IMG/VR virus record: IMGVR_UViG_3300037631_002085
Coordinates: 1-35,471 of that record
Length of the DNA: 35,471 bases
Direction: 5' to 3' (one strand)
Source: a virus
Taxonomy: Duplodnaviria > Caudoviricetes
Shown: positions 7,994 to 16,422 of the stretch, piece by piece
Numbering within the stretch: position 1 is the stretch's first letter
Layout: every line of letters starts with the position of its first letter
Position numbers and translations under genes: made by a program
Notes under the pieces: model-generated
Database searches by the model: none
What the model was told of the DNA's origin: nothing
Seen by the model: the letters and a program-made list of their open reading frames with translations, nothing else

Positions 7994-8601
7994 TTATCGG
8001 CATCCTCGGACAAATGCGCACGGGCAAGAGCAGTCTCGCACGGGAAATCAAAGAACAGATGGGCGGTGAATTTGAACACGGTTGCTTCATCCGTTCTTTC
8101 GCTGAATCACTGCGAGCAGAATGCGCAGAAATCTTCTTCGGAGATACCAATTACAACCGCCAACAATGGGATGCTGTCGAGGCGGCAGACAAAGAATTGT
8201 GCCGTCCTATCCTCCAAGTTATCGGTGAAGGGAGGCGACGACTCAACGGGCGTGATTATTGGGTGAACAAGGTGGCGTGTGAGGTCGGAAACGCCCCGAC
8301 ATCTTACGAACATTTAATCATCATGGACGATGTGCGCCATGAGAACGAGGCTCGCTGGATTCTTGAGAGTGGCGGCATTATCATTCGTTTGAGCGCAGAC
8401 CGTGAAACGCTCATCAAGCGTGGTGCAAGCGAGGAACGCCTTGCGCACTATTCTGAAACCGCCATGATTCGTCGTAGCGCCGTTGAGAAGGAGTATGCAC
8501 ACCGATGCTTGGCTATGCAAACCAATGGGTTAAGCCCTGCGGGTGTCTTTAAGGGTCTGCGCAGATTCATTGAAGAATTGCTTTGGGGTGAAGAAGAATG
8601 A
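7990..8601 (+). CDS. deoxynucleoside monophosphate kinase (T4 gp1-like)
   Basis: P-loop IIGILGQMRTGKS; SFAESLR; RPILQVIGE; DYWV; DDVRHENE..WI...GGIIIRL; HYSE. Confidence 0.85.
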   Translation: MIIGILGQMRTGKSSLAREIKEQMGGEFEHGCFIRSFAESLRAECAEIFFGDTNYNRQQWDAVEAADKELCRPILQVIGEGRRRLNGRDYWVNKVACEVGNAPTSYEHLIIMDDVRHENEARWILESGGIIIRLSADRETLIKRGASEERLAHYSETAMIRRSAVEKEYAHRCLAMQTNGLSPAGVFKGLRRFIEELLWGEEE

Positions 8602-8768
8602 CTCGGAACATTGGCGTTTGTATGTCGTGCAAAAACCGCCGGAAGATTGTCGCTACGGTGCAAGTTGAATTGCTCGGCCACGACTTCGGTTCCCGATACC
8701 TATGTCGAGCCTGCTCAATGAAAATGTTCACATGGAGAGACTTTGAAACTGGGAGGGAATTATATTGA
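8598..8768 (+). CDS. small zinc-finger protein (56 aa)
   Basis: GGGGTGA SD; CMSC...LCRAC; overlaps both neighbours by 4 nt. Confidence 0.6.
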   Translation: MTRNIGVCMSCKNRRKIVATVQVELLGHDFGSRYLCRACSMKMFTWRDFETGRELY

Positions 8769-9664
8769 TTTGGTGGGAAAAGCACAGGCCGCAAACGCTT
8801 GGCGACTTCATGGGACAAGAGCATATCATTGATGAAATGCGAGCCATCTGCGAAGGTGGTGCGCCGATGCAACACTTCATTTTCTATTCCCCCGAAGCAG
8901 GCACGGGAAAGACGACTCTCGCAAACATTATTGCGCAGTCGCGAGACTACACCATGCACACATTCAATGCGTCGTCGAAGCGCACACGGGGAATAGAGTT
9001 TATTGAAGAGGACATTGTTTTTCTCGCCAATTGCGGCAACGATGAAATCATCATTCTCCTTGACGAAGCAGACCGCCTCACTATCCAAGCACAGGATGCG
9101 CTCAAAGGCGTTATTGAGAACGCCACCTGCTATTTCATTCTCACCTGCAACGACTTGAGCAAGGTTTCGCCGTGGTTGCAGTCCCGTTGTCAAGTGCGCA
9201 CATTTTCTGCGCACAGTCAAGACGACATGGTGAACCGACTTGGACAAGTCGCAGAAGCGGAGGGAGTCGCCGCAAACCGTGTTGATTTATCCACTATCGC
9301 CATAGCCCACCGTGGCGACCTGCGCAACGCTCTCGGTGCGCTTCAATCCTATTCCTGCCTTGACCCCTCGGAAGCCGAGCGTTTTCTTTTGCGCTTGAAC
9401 GAGGGTTTCAATGCTCGCCGCTTTTTGACTTTGACAACGAAGGAGAAGGCGGTTGCCGAGGCCGTGAAAATGACGGGTGTGCAGAATATGCGCCGTATCG
9501 TGCGTGAGGTGTTTGACTTCGCCGTTGAAAGCGAAGCAAAGCCAGCCATGATTCAGCGTGTCGTCGAGGCATCCATCATCAGTGAACGGGATTTGGTGAA
9601 CGGCGTGGACGAAAGCATAGTCCGATGGGACTACGCCCGAATGCTCGCCGTTGGGTTTATATGA
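8765..9664 (+). CDS. rfcS: replication factor C (clamp loader) small subunit
   Basis: WWEKHRPQTLGDFMGQ; AGTGKTT; FNASS; LLDEADRLTIQAQDAL; FILTCN; LQSRC; GDLRNAL. Confidence 0.93.
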   Translation: MIWWEKHRPQTLGDFMGQEHIIDEMRAICEGGAPMQHFIFYSPEAGTGKTTLANIIAQSRDYTMHTFNASSKRTRGIEFIEEDIVFLANCGNDEIIILLDEADRLTIQAQDALKGVIENATCYFILTCNDLSKVSPWLQSRCQVRTFSAHSQDDMVNRLGQVAEAEGVAANRVDLSTIAIAHRGDLRNALGALQSYSCLDPSEAERFLLRLNEGFNARRFLTLTTKEKAVAEAVKMTGVQNMRRIVREVFDFAVESEAKPAMIQRVVEASIISERDLVNGVDESIVRWDYARMLAVGFI

Positions 9665-9666
9665 AC
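9648..9666 (+). promoter_or_regulatory. promoter motif CCGTTGGGTTTATATGAAC
   Basis: Identical to 4952-4970; upstream of ATG 9703. Confidence 0.6.
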
Positions 9667-9702
9667 ATCAAGCGTAGGACAAAATACAACGGAAGTGAAA
9701 CA

Positions 9703-10938
9703 ATGGTTGATAACAAAATTATGGAACGAGTCGCAAAGAATGTCGGGTGTGAAGTGCCTCAATTACAGGCAAAACACGAAGAAGTGCTGGCGGCAAACGA
9801 AGCCAATTTCAAGGCGATGGGTCTTGAGCAGAACGACATTGAGATGAAGGCTTTGCGCATGGCGGCGGCTGAATTGCGTGTGGTTGCACAGCGACTCGCA
9901 CGAAGCGGTTGCGAGAACCTTGAAGGAATGTTCATCAGCGTGCCTCGCACGAAGGACATCAGCGCACGGCAATACGCCAACATGAAGAACACCCTTCTTG
10001 GCCTTGACGAAGAAGCACGCACTGCGATGGTTGCGCAGGGCGTATGCGCACTGTTCTTGAACGACGATGTGAACGGCGGCTATCGCTACATTCACAATTC
10101 CTCTCTTGAGAACAAGCGGCCCTTTGAAGTGGTTTCAGATGAGAAGCACATGACCGACCTGCCGAAAGCGGCTATGGACTTGGGCGACGGCACGGGACAC
10201 TTCGTTTTGATTGCCGACAAATCCGCACCCACTTGGCCTTCGGGCGGCGCTAACTTCCGCTACGGTCGCTACAAAGCGCAGTCCGAACCAATGCGTGATT
10301 GCGTCTTTTTGGGTCGCTCAAAGGACAACAAAAACCTGCGCACAATCCGCATCCGTTTCACGGGCGCTGATGCCGAGGTTCAACACCCGACCTTCATCCC
10401 CGGACGCATCCCTGCAAAATTGGGACGCAACGGAGATGCCGCATACGCAAAGTCGGGCGTTTCCGTTTTCACGGCAGACTCGGAAGTGGTGAACATTTTC
10501 CCTGCGCCTCCGCTCGACTCTGACGGCAAGGGTTTGCTCGCAGAATTTACCGATGTTGCTTTGCTCACTGGCATGGGCGACCTTGAAACATGGCTCGGCT
10601 CTCTCTCGGACAAAGAGAAGTGGGATGCGCAGTGCGCAGTGCCTCTTGAGGTTGCGCACATTGACCCCCGTGAAGGCGGCGGCTACATCATCACCCTCGC
10701 AGACCTTGACATCACTTCCCCGATTCCTCCTATGGATTTGTGGGTTTCCCGTGAAGAGGACGAAAAGGTGGACTTCTCCGTTGGTTCAATCGTGCTTGCC
10801 GTTGGTGGCGCATGGATTGACAAATCAACCGACCTTCCACGCCTCGGCGTGAACGGATGGTGGGTCATGGAGGCCATTGAAGCCGTCGCTGTTGAAGAAG
10901 TCGTGCTTGAAGAAGGCGCAGAAGAAGGCGGTTGGTGA
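9703..10938 (+). CDS. putative ssDNA-binding (OB-fold/RPA-like) protein
   Basis: 411 aa; helical N-terminus, beta-rich body, strongly acidic tail (EEVVLEEGAEEGGW); lies between RFC and a Sak4-like ATPase. Function inferred from context. Confidence 0.5.
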   Translation: MVDNKIMERVAKNVGCEVPQLQAKHEEVLAANEANFKAMGLEQNDIEMKALRMAAAELRVVAQRLARSGCENLEGMFISVPRTKDISARQYANMKNTLLGLDEEARTAMVAQGVCALFLNDDVNGGYRYIHNSSLENKRPFEVVSDEKHMTDLPKAAMDLGDGTGHFVLIADKSAPTWPSGGANFRYGRYKAQSEPMRDCVFLGRSKDNKNLRTIRIRFTGADAEVQHPTFIPGRIPAKLGRNGDAAYAKSGVSVFTADSEVVNIFPAPPLDSDGKGLLAEFTDVALLTGMGDLETWLGSLSDKEKWDAQCAVPLEVAHIDPREGGGYIITLADLDITSPIPPMDLWVSREEDEKVDFSVGSIVLAVGGAWIDKSTDLPRLGVNGWWVMEAIEAVAVEEVVLEEGAEEGGW

Positions 10939-10940
10939 AC

Positions 10941-11906
10941 ATGGCAAACGCATGGGCAAACGCAAAGTCGAAGGCCAATTCTGCGCAAGACAATGCGCAG
11001 ATTGACAAACCGCCGAAGAGAGACCTCAAGGCTCACTACGCCGAATTGTTTGAGCGCAAACGCTCTCGCACGCAGTCAATCCGCATGGCTCTCGTCGGCA
11101 AGGAGAATACAGCCAAGACTGGAACGGCAATCTCTATTGCCCGTCAGCACATTGGCGCAGAAAAGTCCATCATCATTCTCGATGTGGATAACTCCGCAGT
11201 GCAGACCGTTGCCGCCAATTACGCAGATGATGAGAACATTCACATCATCCCTCTCTATGACGAATTGGACGACACCATTTTCAACGACGATAACAGCACC
11301 GACTACACTGCGCTGATTGACAAAATGAATCACTTCATCAGTCTCGTTGCGCAAAAGTGCCGTGATGGTGAGGTTGGCGCAGTCATTATGGACGGTTGCT
11401 CAACTTTCCTCAAGTGGTGCGAACACGCCATGACCGATGTGTTGATGAACCGAAGTAAGAATCCTGTCAATGTCGAGGACGGCGACAAATTCAATCAGGC
11501 CGAATGGCGCATTCGCAACCAATTGTTCCGTGATGTCATCAATCGTGCGCATCAGTTGCCTGCCGACGCAGTATTCTTCACCTTCCACCTGAAAGATGTC
11601 AAGCAATTCGCAGACATCGGCAACGGGCAAAAGGGCTTGATGAAGGTTGGCGAAGTCCCTGAATGGGAAAAAGGCACTATGCGCCTGTTCAGTCAGCAAT
11701 TGTGGCTCACCCGATACACCAAGAAGGGCGACATCGCCGCAGGTGTGAAATCCGATAAAACACTCTCGGACAACGAATGGGTTATCCGTTGCTCTATCGA
11801 AGAGATGAAGGGTTTCAATCAAGAACACCTCGGCACGACGCACGATGTTCTGTCCGTCAAGGATGGAGAAGTGAATTGGACGGGACTGCCTTTCTTGAAG
11901 TGGTGA
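10941..11906 (+). CDS. AAA_24/Sak4-like RecA-fold ATPase (recombination/annealing)
   Basis: RMALVGKENTAKT (Walker A variant); IIILDVDNS; VIMDGCS (Walker B); VFFTFHLKD. Confidence 0.7.
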   Translation: MANAWANAKSKANSAQDNAQIDKPPKRDLKAHYAELFERKRSRTQSIRMALVGKENTAKTGTAISIARQHIGAEKSIIILDVDNSAVQTVAANYADDENIHIIPLYDELDDTIFNDDNSTDYTALIDKMNHFISLVAQKCRDGEVGAVIMDGCSTFLKWCEHAMTDVLMNRSKNPVNVEDGDKFNQAEWRIRNQLFRDVINRAHQLPADAVFFTFHLKDVKQFADIGNGQKGLMKVGEVPEWEKGTMRLFSQQLWLTRYTKKGDIAAGVKSDKTLSDNEWVIRCSIEEMKGFNQEHLGTTHDVLSVKDGEVNWTGLPFLKW

Positions 11907-11907
11907 A

Positions 11908-12186
11908 ATGCAAAATCGGAAGGTCGTTAAGCGGGTCGTTCTCGCGAGCAATCGCAGTGAGCGTGCGCACTACGCAGTCGAATGTGCGCAGAACGGGCGT
12001 TTGTCCTATGTTCTGTGCCGTGGCTTCCCCTCAATCGGCGCACACCAACGCATCCCCGAAAGCGAAGTCGGACGGGAATGCAAACAGTGCGCAAAAACGC
12101 TTGAGAAGATGCTTCGTTTGCAGGGCGACAGGTTTATATTGACAACAGTGGTTGGTGAAGAACATGGTGAAGATGAAGAAGTCTGA
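11908..12186 (+). CDS. hypothetical protein, possible metal-binding (H..C..CKQC)
   Basis: 92 aa; GGTGA SD; overlaps the next gene by 23 nt. Confidence 0.5.
   Translation: MQNRKVVKRVVLASNRSERAHYAVECAQNGRLSYVLCRGFPSIGAHQRIPESEVGRECKQCAKTLEKMLRLQGDRFILTTVVGEEHGEDEEV
12126..12143 (+). promoter_or_regulatory. promoter motif CGACAGGTTTATATTGAC
   Basis: TTTATA starts 31 nt upstream of ATG 12164; near-identical to 17598-17615. Confidence 0.6.
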
Positions 12187-12994
12187 CTTGTTGGCCTTGT
12201 TGAAAATGACGAAGCGGGAAGCCGTTGTCGGTGGGAAGAAATTGTCGCAGGTTTCCTCGACGGTTATTCAGGCCGTTGGCGACTATCTATGCACGGTTTC
12301 AATCGTGCGTGATGGCGTTTCAAGCATTGGTCGATTCATCGTCCCAACGACCGACGACGAACCTGCCCTTGAGAACATCACCGTTGCTGATATTGACCTG
12401 CTCATCGGCGCACTTTCTGCGCACGGGTCGGACATTGACATTCACTACGCCGATAACAAAATCACGCTCAAGTCGGGAAGCAAGCGCACGACACTTTCAA
12501 GCGACGGGAGAGCAAAGGCTTTCCCGCACACCAATAAGACGGTTGGAGAATGGTCTGCCGATTCCGACGCACGATTCACGAAGTCCCTTTGCGACATTGA
12601 ATTGAATCAATACACGATGCAAGGCGGCGCTTCTATTGATGGGGTGGTCGCAACCGTGAACAGGAAGGACTTGCTCGACGCTATGCGCAGTGGTTCAATC
12701 AACGGACAGATGATTGAAGCGACCCGACTAACCTTGAATACCGACAGGACTCTTGAAGTGATTGTCGGAGGTGAAATGAAGGGTGCTACACGCACTGTTC
12801 TTGACACAGACATAAGAAGGAACGAAGCAATAACGACCGTCATTGGTGGCGGCTTTGAAAACATTCTTGCGCATACCTCTTCGGTGGACTGCGACTTGAT
12901 TTTCTTTGACTTCTCGGCGTATGACGCTGGCGTTGCCGTTGTTCTGCGCACAAACGAAGCAGTAGTGTTTCAACGGGAGGCCAAGAATGGTTGA
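12164..12994 (+). CDS. putative DNA sliding clamp (divergent PCNA-like)
   Basis: 276 aa with two repeats of a beta-alpha-beta-rich unit (KMKKSDLLALLK.../VATVNRKDLLDAMR...); DIDIHYADNKITLKSG; RFC and PolB lie in the same module. Confidence 0.6.
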   Translation: MVKMKKSDLLALLKMTKREAVVGGKKLSQVSSTVIQAVGDYLCTVSIVRDGVSSIGRFIVPTTDDEPALENITVADIDLLIGALSAHGSDIDIHYADNKITLKSGSKRTTLSSDGRAKAFPHTNKTVGEWSADSDARFTKSLCDIELNQYTMQGGASIDGVVATVNRKDLLDAMRSGSINGQMIEATRLTLNTDRTLEVIVGGEMKGATRTVLDTDIRRNEAITTVIGGGFENILAHTSSVDCDLIFFDFSAYDAGVAVVLRTNEAVVFQREAKNG

Positions 12995-13370
12995 TTTGTC
13001 GGAGATGCAACACGACGCACGGTTTGTTCACAGTATGAACGCAAGTGTGTGCAATCTCAACAAAGAGAACATCTGCGAAGTATTGTCTTTCATGGGAGAA
13101 TGTCTTTCCCCACGCAAAATGAACAGGAAAATAGCAGTCGTCGCTGGAATCATCTATGATTATGAAATTGGTCAAGAATTTTATGCGCAACAATTATGCG
13201 ACATCATCAACAGAAAATACCTTCGAGTGAACGGCAGAATAGGAGTCAATAGTGTGGCGAATATCCTGAAATATACGGCATCTTGGGGGCTTGTCGAAGC
13301 AATCCCTGTTCCGATTCGTCGCGTTGAGGACAAAAGAACACCCGGAACAAAATACAGGAGACTGAAATAA
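12987..13370 (+). CDS. hypothetical protein, possible wHTH
   Basis: 127 aa; GGAGG SD; SVANILKYTASWGLVE...KYRR; locally AT-richer. Confidence 0.6.
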   Translation: MVDLSEMQHDARFVHSMNASVCNLNKENICEVLSFMGECLSPRKMNRKIAVVAGIIYDYEIGQEFYAQQLCDIINRKYLRVNGRIGVNSVANILKYTASWGLVEAIPVPIRRVEDKRTPGTKYRRLK

Positions 13371-13661
13371 ATGAAAACAAATTGCCCTATCTGCGCAGAA
13401 GAATTGAACATACCCACCGATGAGAACCATACCGCCGAATGCCCTTATTGTGGTGGCGATATTTTGGTCGAAATCACCTTTTCCCCTGCGAAGAAGCAAG
13501 CGCATTACACCGACGAAGCATGGTTGCGCAAAGAATACGAAGAGAACCGTCGCTCTATGGCAAGTATCGCTGAACAATGCGCCGTTTCCCCCATGACAAT
13601 TAACCGATGGCTGAATGTTCACGGCATCCCGACTCGTCGGCGTGGGCAAACAGGACTTTGA
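13371..13661 (+). CDS. zinc-ribbon plus HTH protein
   Basis: CPIC...CPYCGG then YTDEAWLRKEY...SMASIAEQCAVSPMTINRWL..HGIPTR. Confidence 0.75.
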   Translation: MKTNCPICAEELNIPTDENHTAECPYCGGDILVEITFSPAKKQAHYTDEAWLRKEYEENRRSMASIAEQCAVSPMTINRWLNVHGIPTRRRGQTGL

Positions 13662-13680
13662 CCGTTGGGTTTATATCAAC
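13661..13680 (+). promoter_or_regulatory. promoter motif ACCGTTGGGTTTATATCAAC
   Basis: One mismatch to the 4952/9648 motif; TTTATA starts 30 nt upstream of ATG 13700. Confidence 0.65.
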
Positions 13681-13699
13681 ATAGAATTGTGTTCTCTTT

Positions 13700-14203
13700 A
13701 TGGGAAACAAACCGCTCACGCAGATTTTTCACCCGCACCAGCAAGAATTGATGCTTGACTATGTGGAAGAATGGCCGTGGTCATTCAAGCAGGCGAGTGA
13801 GAAGGGCTATCCCAAGACGATGAACCGAGCCATGTATTTTTGTAAGTTTCTTGATGTGAGTTGTCATAACCACCTTCAAGCATACACCACGGCGACTGAG
13901 ATTGCAGAATGCGTCTATTTGGTCGGCAACACTTGGGTTGGTGAGGATTACCGAGGCGAGGGCGTTCATTCTGAAATGCTTCAATGGCGCAACGGAATGC
14001 TTAAGGAAAGGTTTGGTGCAACCGACATCATCACGCTTCTAAACCCACAGGAGGGCGCAAGTCTTGAGCAATTGCAGAAGGTTGTTTCTTCGCTCGGCTA
14101 TCGTCGTTTGAAGTGGTCGGATTTGCGGAAAATGGGTGTTTCTATCACCCTGCGTTTGCAGATTCGGCGCAGTCGACTGCAATTTTGGGGGAAATCCCTT
14201 TGA
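13700..14203 (+). CDS. GNAT-family acetyltransferase
   Basis: 167 aa; acetyl-CoA-binding motif A: VGNTWVGEDYRGEGVHSEML; late SSLGY segment. Confidence 0.65.
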   Translation: MGNKPLTQIFHPHQQELMLDYVEEWPWSFKQASEKGYPKTMNRAMYFCKFLDVSCHNHLQAYTTATEIAECVYLVGNTWVGEDYRGEGVHSEMLQWRNGMLKERFGATDIITLLNPQEGASLEQLQKVVSSLGYRRLKWSDLRKMGVSITLRLQIRRSRLQFWGKSL

Positions 14204-16422
14204 TTGTCGAGCGAGGACGGGGGAACGAAGTCGTTGTTCGGTTTCGTGAAAACGGTGTGCGCAAAGAGCAGAAGTTGAGCGCCGAACCGTTTTGCTTTGT
14301 CGAAAGGGATGACCTGTTCAAAATCAACCGAGCGTTCATCAAACAGGCAGGTGAATATCGTGGTCTTTACGGCGAGGATTTGGTGAAGGTTCAATTCTCA
14401 AGCACCGAGGATATGCGAGAGGGCGTGAGGGGTCTGCGCACATGGGAAGCAAACATTACCCATGAGAACCGAGTCCTCGTTGAGAACGATTTCACCCTAC
14501 CGATGTATGAGCATCGGGTTTGCTATTTTGACATGGAATGGATGATGGAGTCGGGTCAAATCACCATCATTGTCGTTCACGACTCGGAGGAAGGCGAATA
14601 TGTGTTCTTCAACCATCCCGACTATGCGCAGGGCTATTATGACACCATTCAGTGCGCAAATCACCCCGATGGATTGACGGAGGTTCACGCTGGCGAGCGC
14701 AAAATGAAGTGCTTCGCAGATGAACGCTCTATGCTTCTCGACTTTGCTCGACTTTTGCGCAAACGAGACTATGACATCATCACCGGCTGGAATGTAGTCA
14801 ATGCCGACATTCAGCAATTGTTCAAGCGATTCAAGGCCAACGACATTCAACCAAACCTCCTTTCGCCCATGAAGCGCATACGGTATGACTTCAAGGATTG
14901 GGGGCAACCCATCGTGGGAACGAATGTCATTGACTTGATGGTTGCCTTCAAGAAGTTATGGACGCTCAAGAACGGACAATTGCCTTCTATGGGTCTTGGT
15001 GCGGTTTCTGCGCACTGCCTCGGAGAAACGAAGGTCGAATTGGCTGACGGACACAACACCTATTTCAGCGACTTCGGGACATACCTTGACTACGCACGGC
15101 AAGATGTGCGCCTGTTGCCTCGCCTTGATGAAATGGTGGGTGCGCTCAATTATTTCACTGCCGTTCAGCACATCACGGGATGCGACATACGCACAACCCC
15201 GTGGGTTTCACGGTTGTTCCCAATCCTCGCCCTGCGCGACCCGGACTTCAAATGGCGCATACCCTCAAAACCCCAATTTGAGAAGGTGGACTATCCCGGC
15301 GCAGACATTCAAACGGCTGATGCTGGCGTTTATGAGAATGTAGCCATCATGGATATTAAGGCGATGTATCATTCAAATATCAACCTGCACAACATTTGCT
15401 GGACGAACCTTGACGAACAGGGCAAGGACTGCGGCAACGGTGTTCGCTTTGCGCAGAAGAAGGGTTTGCTCGGTCGGCAGATGGATAAAATGACTACGCT
15501 ACGCAACGAATACAAAGCGCAGATGAAGAATGCGTCAAGCGAGGGAGAGCGCAGAATGTTTGATGGTCTGCAATACGCCACGAAGTCCCTTGTCGCTTCC
15601 ATGTATGGCGTTGCTGGCGATAGCAAGTGTGGTTTCTATCACCCCGATATTGCCGCCTCAATCACTTATACCTCCCGTCAAACACTTTACCGTCTGCGTG
15701 ATGAATGCGAGTCGTTGGGTATGCCTGCTATTTACGGACACACCGATTCGGTTTTCGTGCAGTGCGAAACACCCGAAAGAGCCGTTGAATCACTGCGCAT
15801 AATCAATGAGCGCATGGCCCCAATTGAAACCGAGTTTGAGAAGTGGTGCAAGACCTTCCTCTTGATGGCGAAGAATCGCTATGCGGGGGAAGTGCGCTGG
15901 ACTGATGGAGAACATCACGATGCGCAAATGTATGTGAAAGGCGTTGAGATGAAGCAGTCCCGACTTCCGAATGCTATGAAGAATGCCATGCAGACCGTGA
16001 TAGGCGGGATTCTTTCTGCGCAAAGCGAAGAAAACATAGTTGCGCCGTTGGAGGACTTGGTGCGCAGAATAGTCGCCAAAGAGATTCCAGTTGCCGACCT
16101 GTGCATCAAGGCCAAGTTAAGCAAAGACCTAAGCGAATATACGACGCTCGGAGAAGTGCGTGCTGGTGCGTATTGGGCGAATGCGCATTTAGGTAAAGGC
16201 TATCGCAAAGACGATTATTTCCTCTCGACGCTTAACGATAACGGCGACTACATCGCCTTTGACGACCCATCAGAAATTGAGGGTATTGCGCAGGTCGGTT
16301 ATCGCCACCTCGCAGAACGGTTCATCGTTGAAAAGGTGCGTCCGTATTTTGAAGTCATGCAGTGGGATATTGTGCGCATAGAGAATGCGCTCAACGGTCT
16401 TTCGGGCATGGGGTGGTTATGA
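14200..16422 (+). CDS. polB: family B DNA polymerase with 3'-5' exonuclease
   Basis: ExoI YFDMEW, ExoII GWNVVNAD, ExoIII YARQDV; motif A DIKAMYHS, B KSLVASMYG, C YGHTDS; KNRYAG, KGVE; likely TTG start at 14200. Confidence 0.95.
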   Translation: MIVERGRGNEVVVRFRENGVRKEQKLSAEPFCFVERDDLFKINRAFIKQAGEYRGLYGEDLVKVQFSSTEDMREGVRGLRTWEANITHENRVLVENDFTLPMYEHRVCYFDMEWMMESGQITIIVVHDSEEGEYVFFNHPDYAQGYYDTIQCANHPDGLTEVHAGERKMKCFADERSMLLDFARLLRKRDYDIITGWNVVNADIQQLFKRFKANDIQPNLLSPMKRIRYDFKDWGQPIVGTNVIDLMVAFKKLWTLKNGQLPSMGLGAVSAHCLGETKVELADGHNTYFSDFGTYLDYARQDVRLLPRLDEMVGALNYFTAVQHITGCDIRTTPWVSRLFPILALRDPDFKWRIPSKPQFEKVDYPGADIQTADAGVYENVAIMDIKAMYHSNINLHNICWTNLDEQGKDCGNGVRFAQKKGLLGRQMDKMTTLRNEYKAQMKNASSEGERRMFDGLQYATKSLVASMYGVAGDSKCGFYHPDIAASITYTSRQTLYRLRDECESLGMPAIYGHTDSVFVQCETPERAVESLRIINERMAPIETEFEKWCKTFLLMAKNRYAGEVRWTDGEHHDAQMYVKGVEMKQSRLPNAMKNAMQTVIGGILSAQSEENIVAPLEDLVRRIVAKEIPVADLCIKAKLSKDLSEYTTLGEVRAGAYWANAHLGKGYRKDDYFLSTLNDNGDYIAFDDPSEIEGIAQVGYRHLAERFIVEKVRPYFEVMQWDIVRIENALNGLSGMGWL

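Noticed and set aside
14200-16422. Intein in PolB (also considered for MCM and RFC)
   Set aside because: Motif spacing and lengths leave no room, and no intein-type junction was seen.
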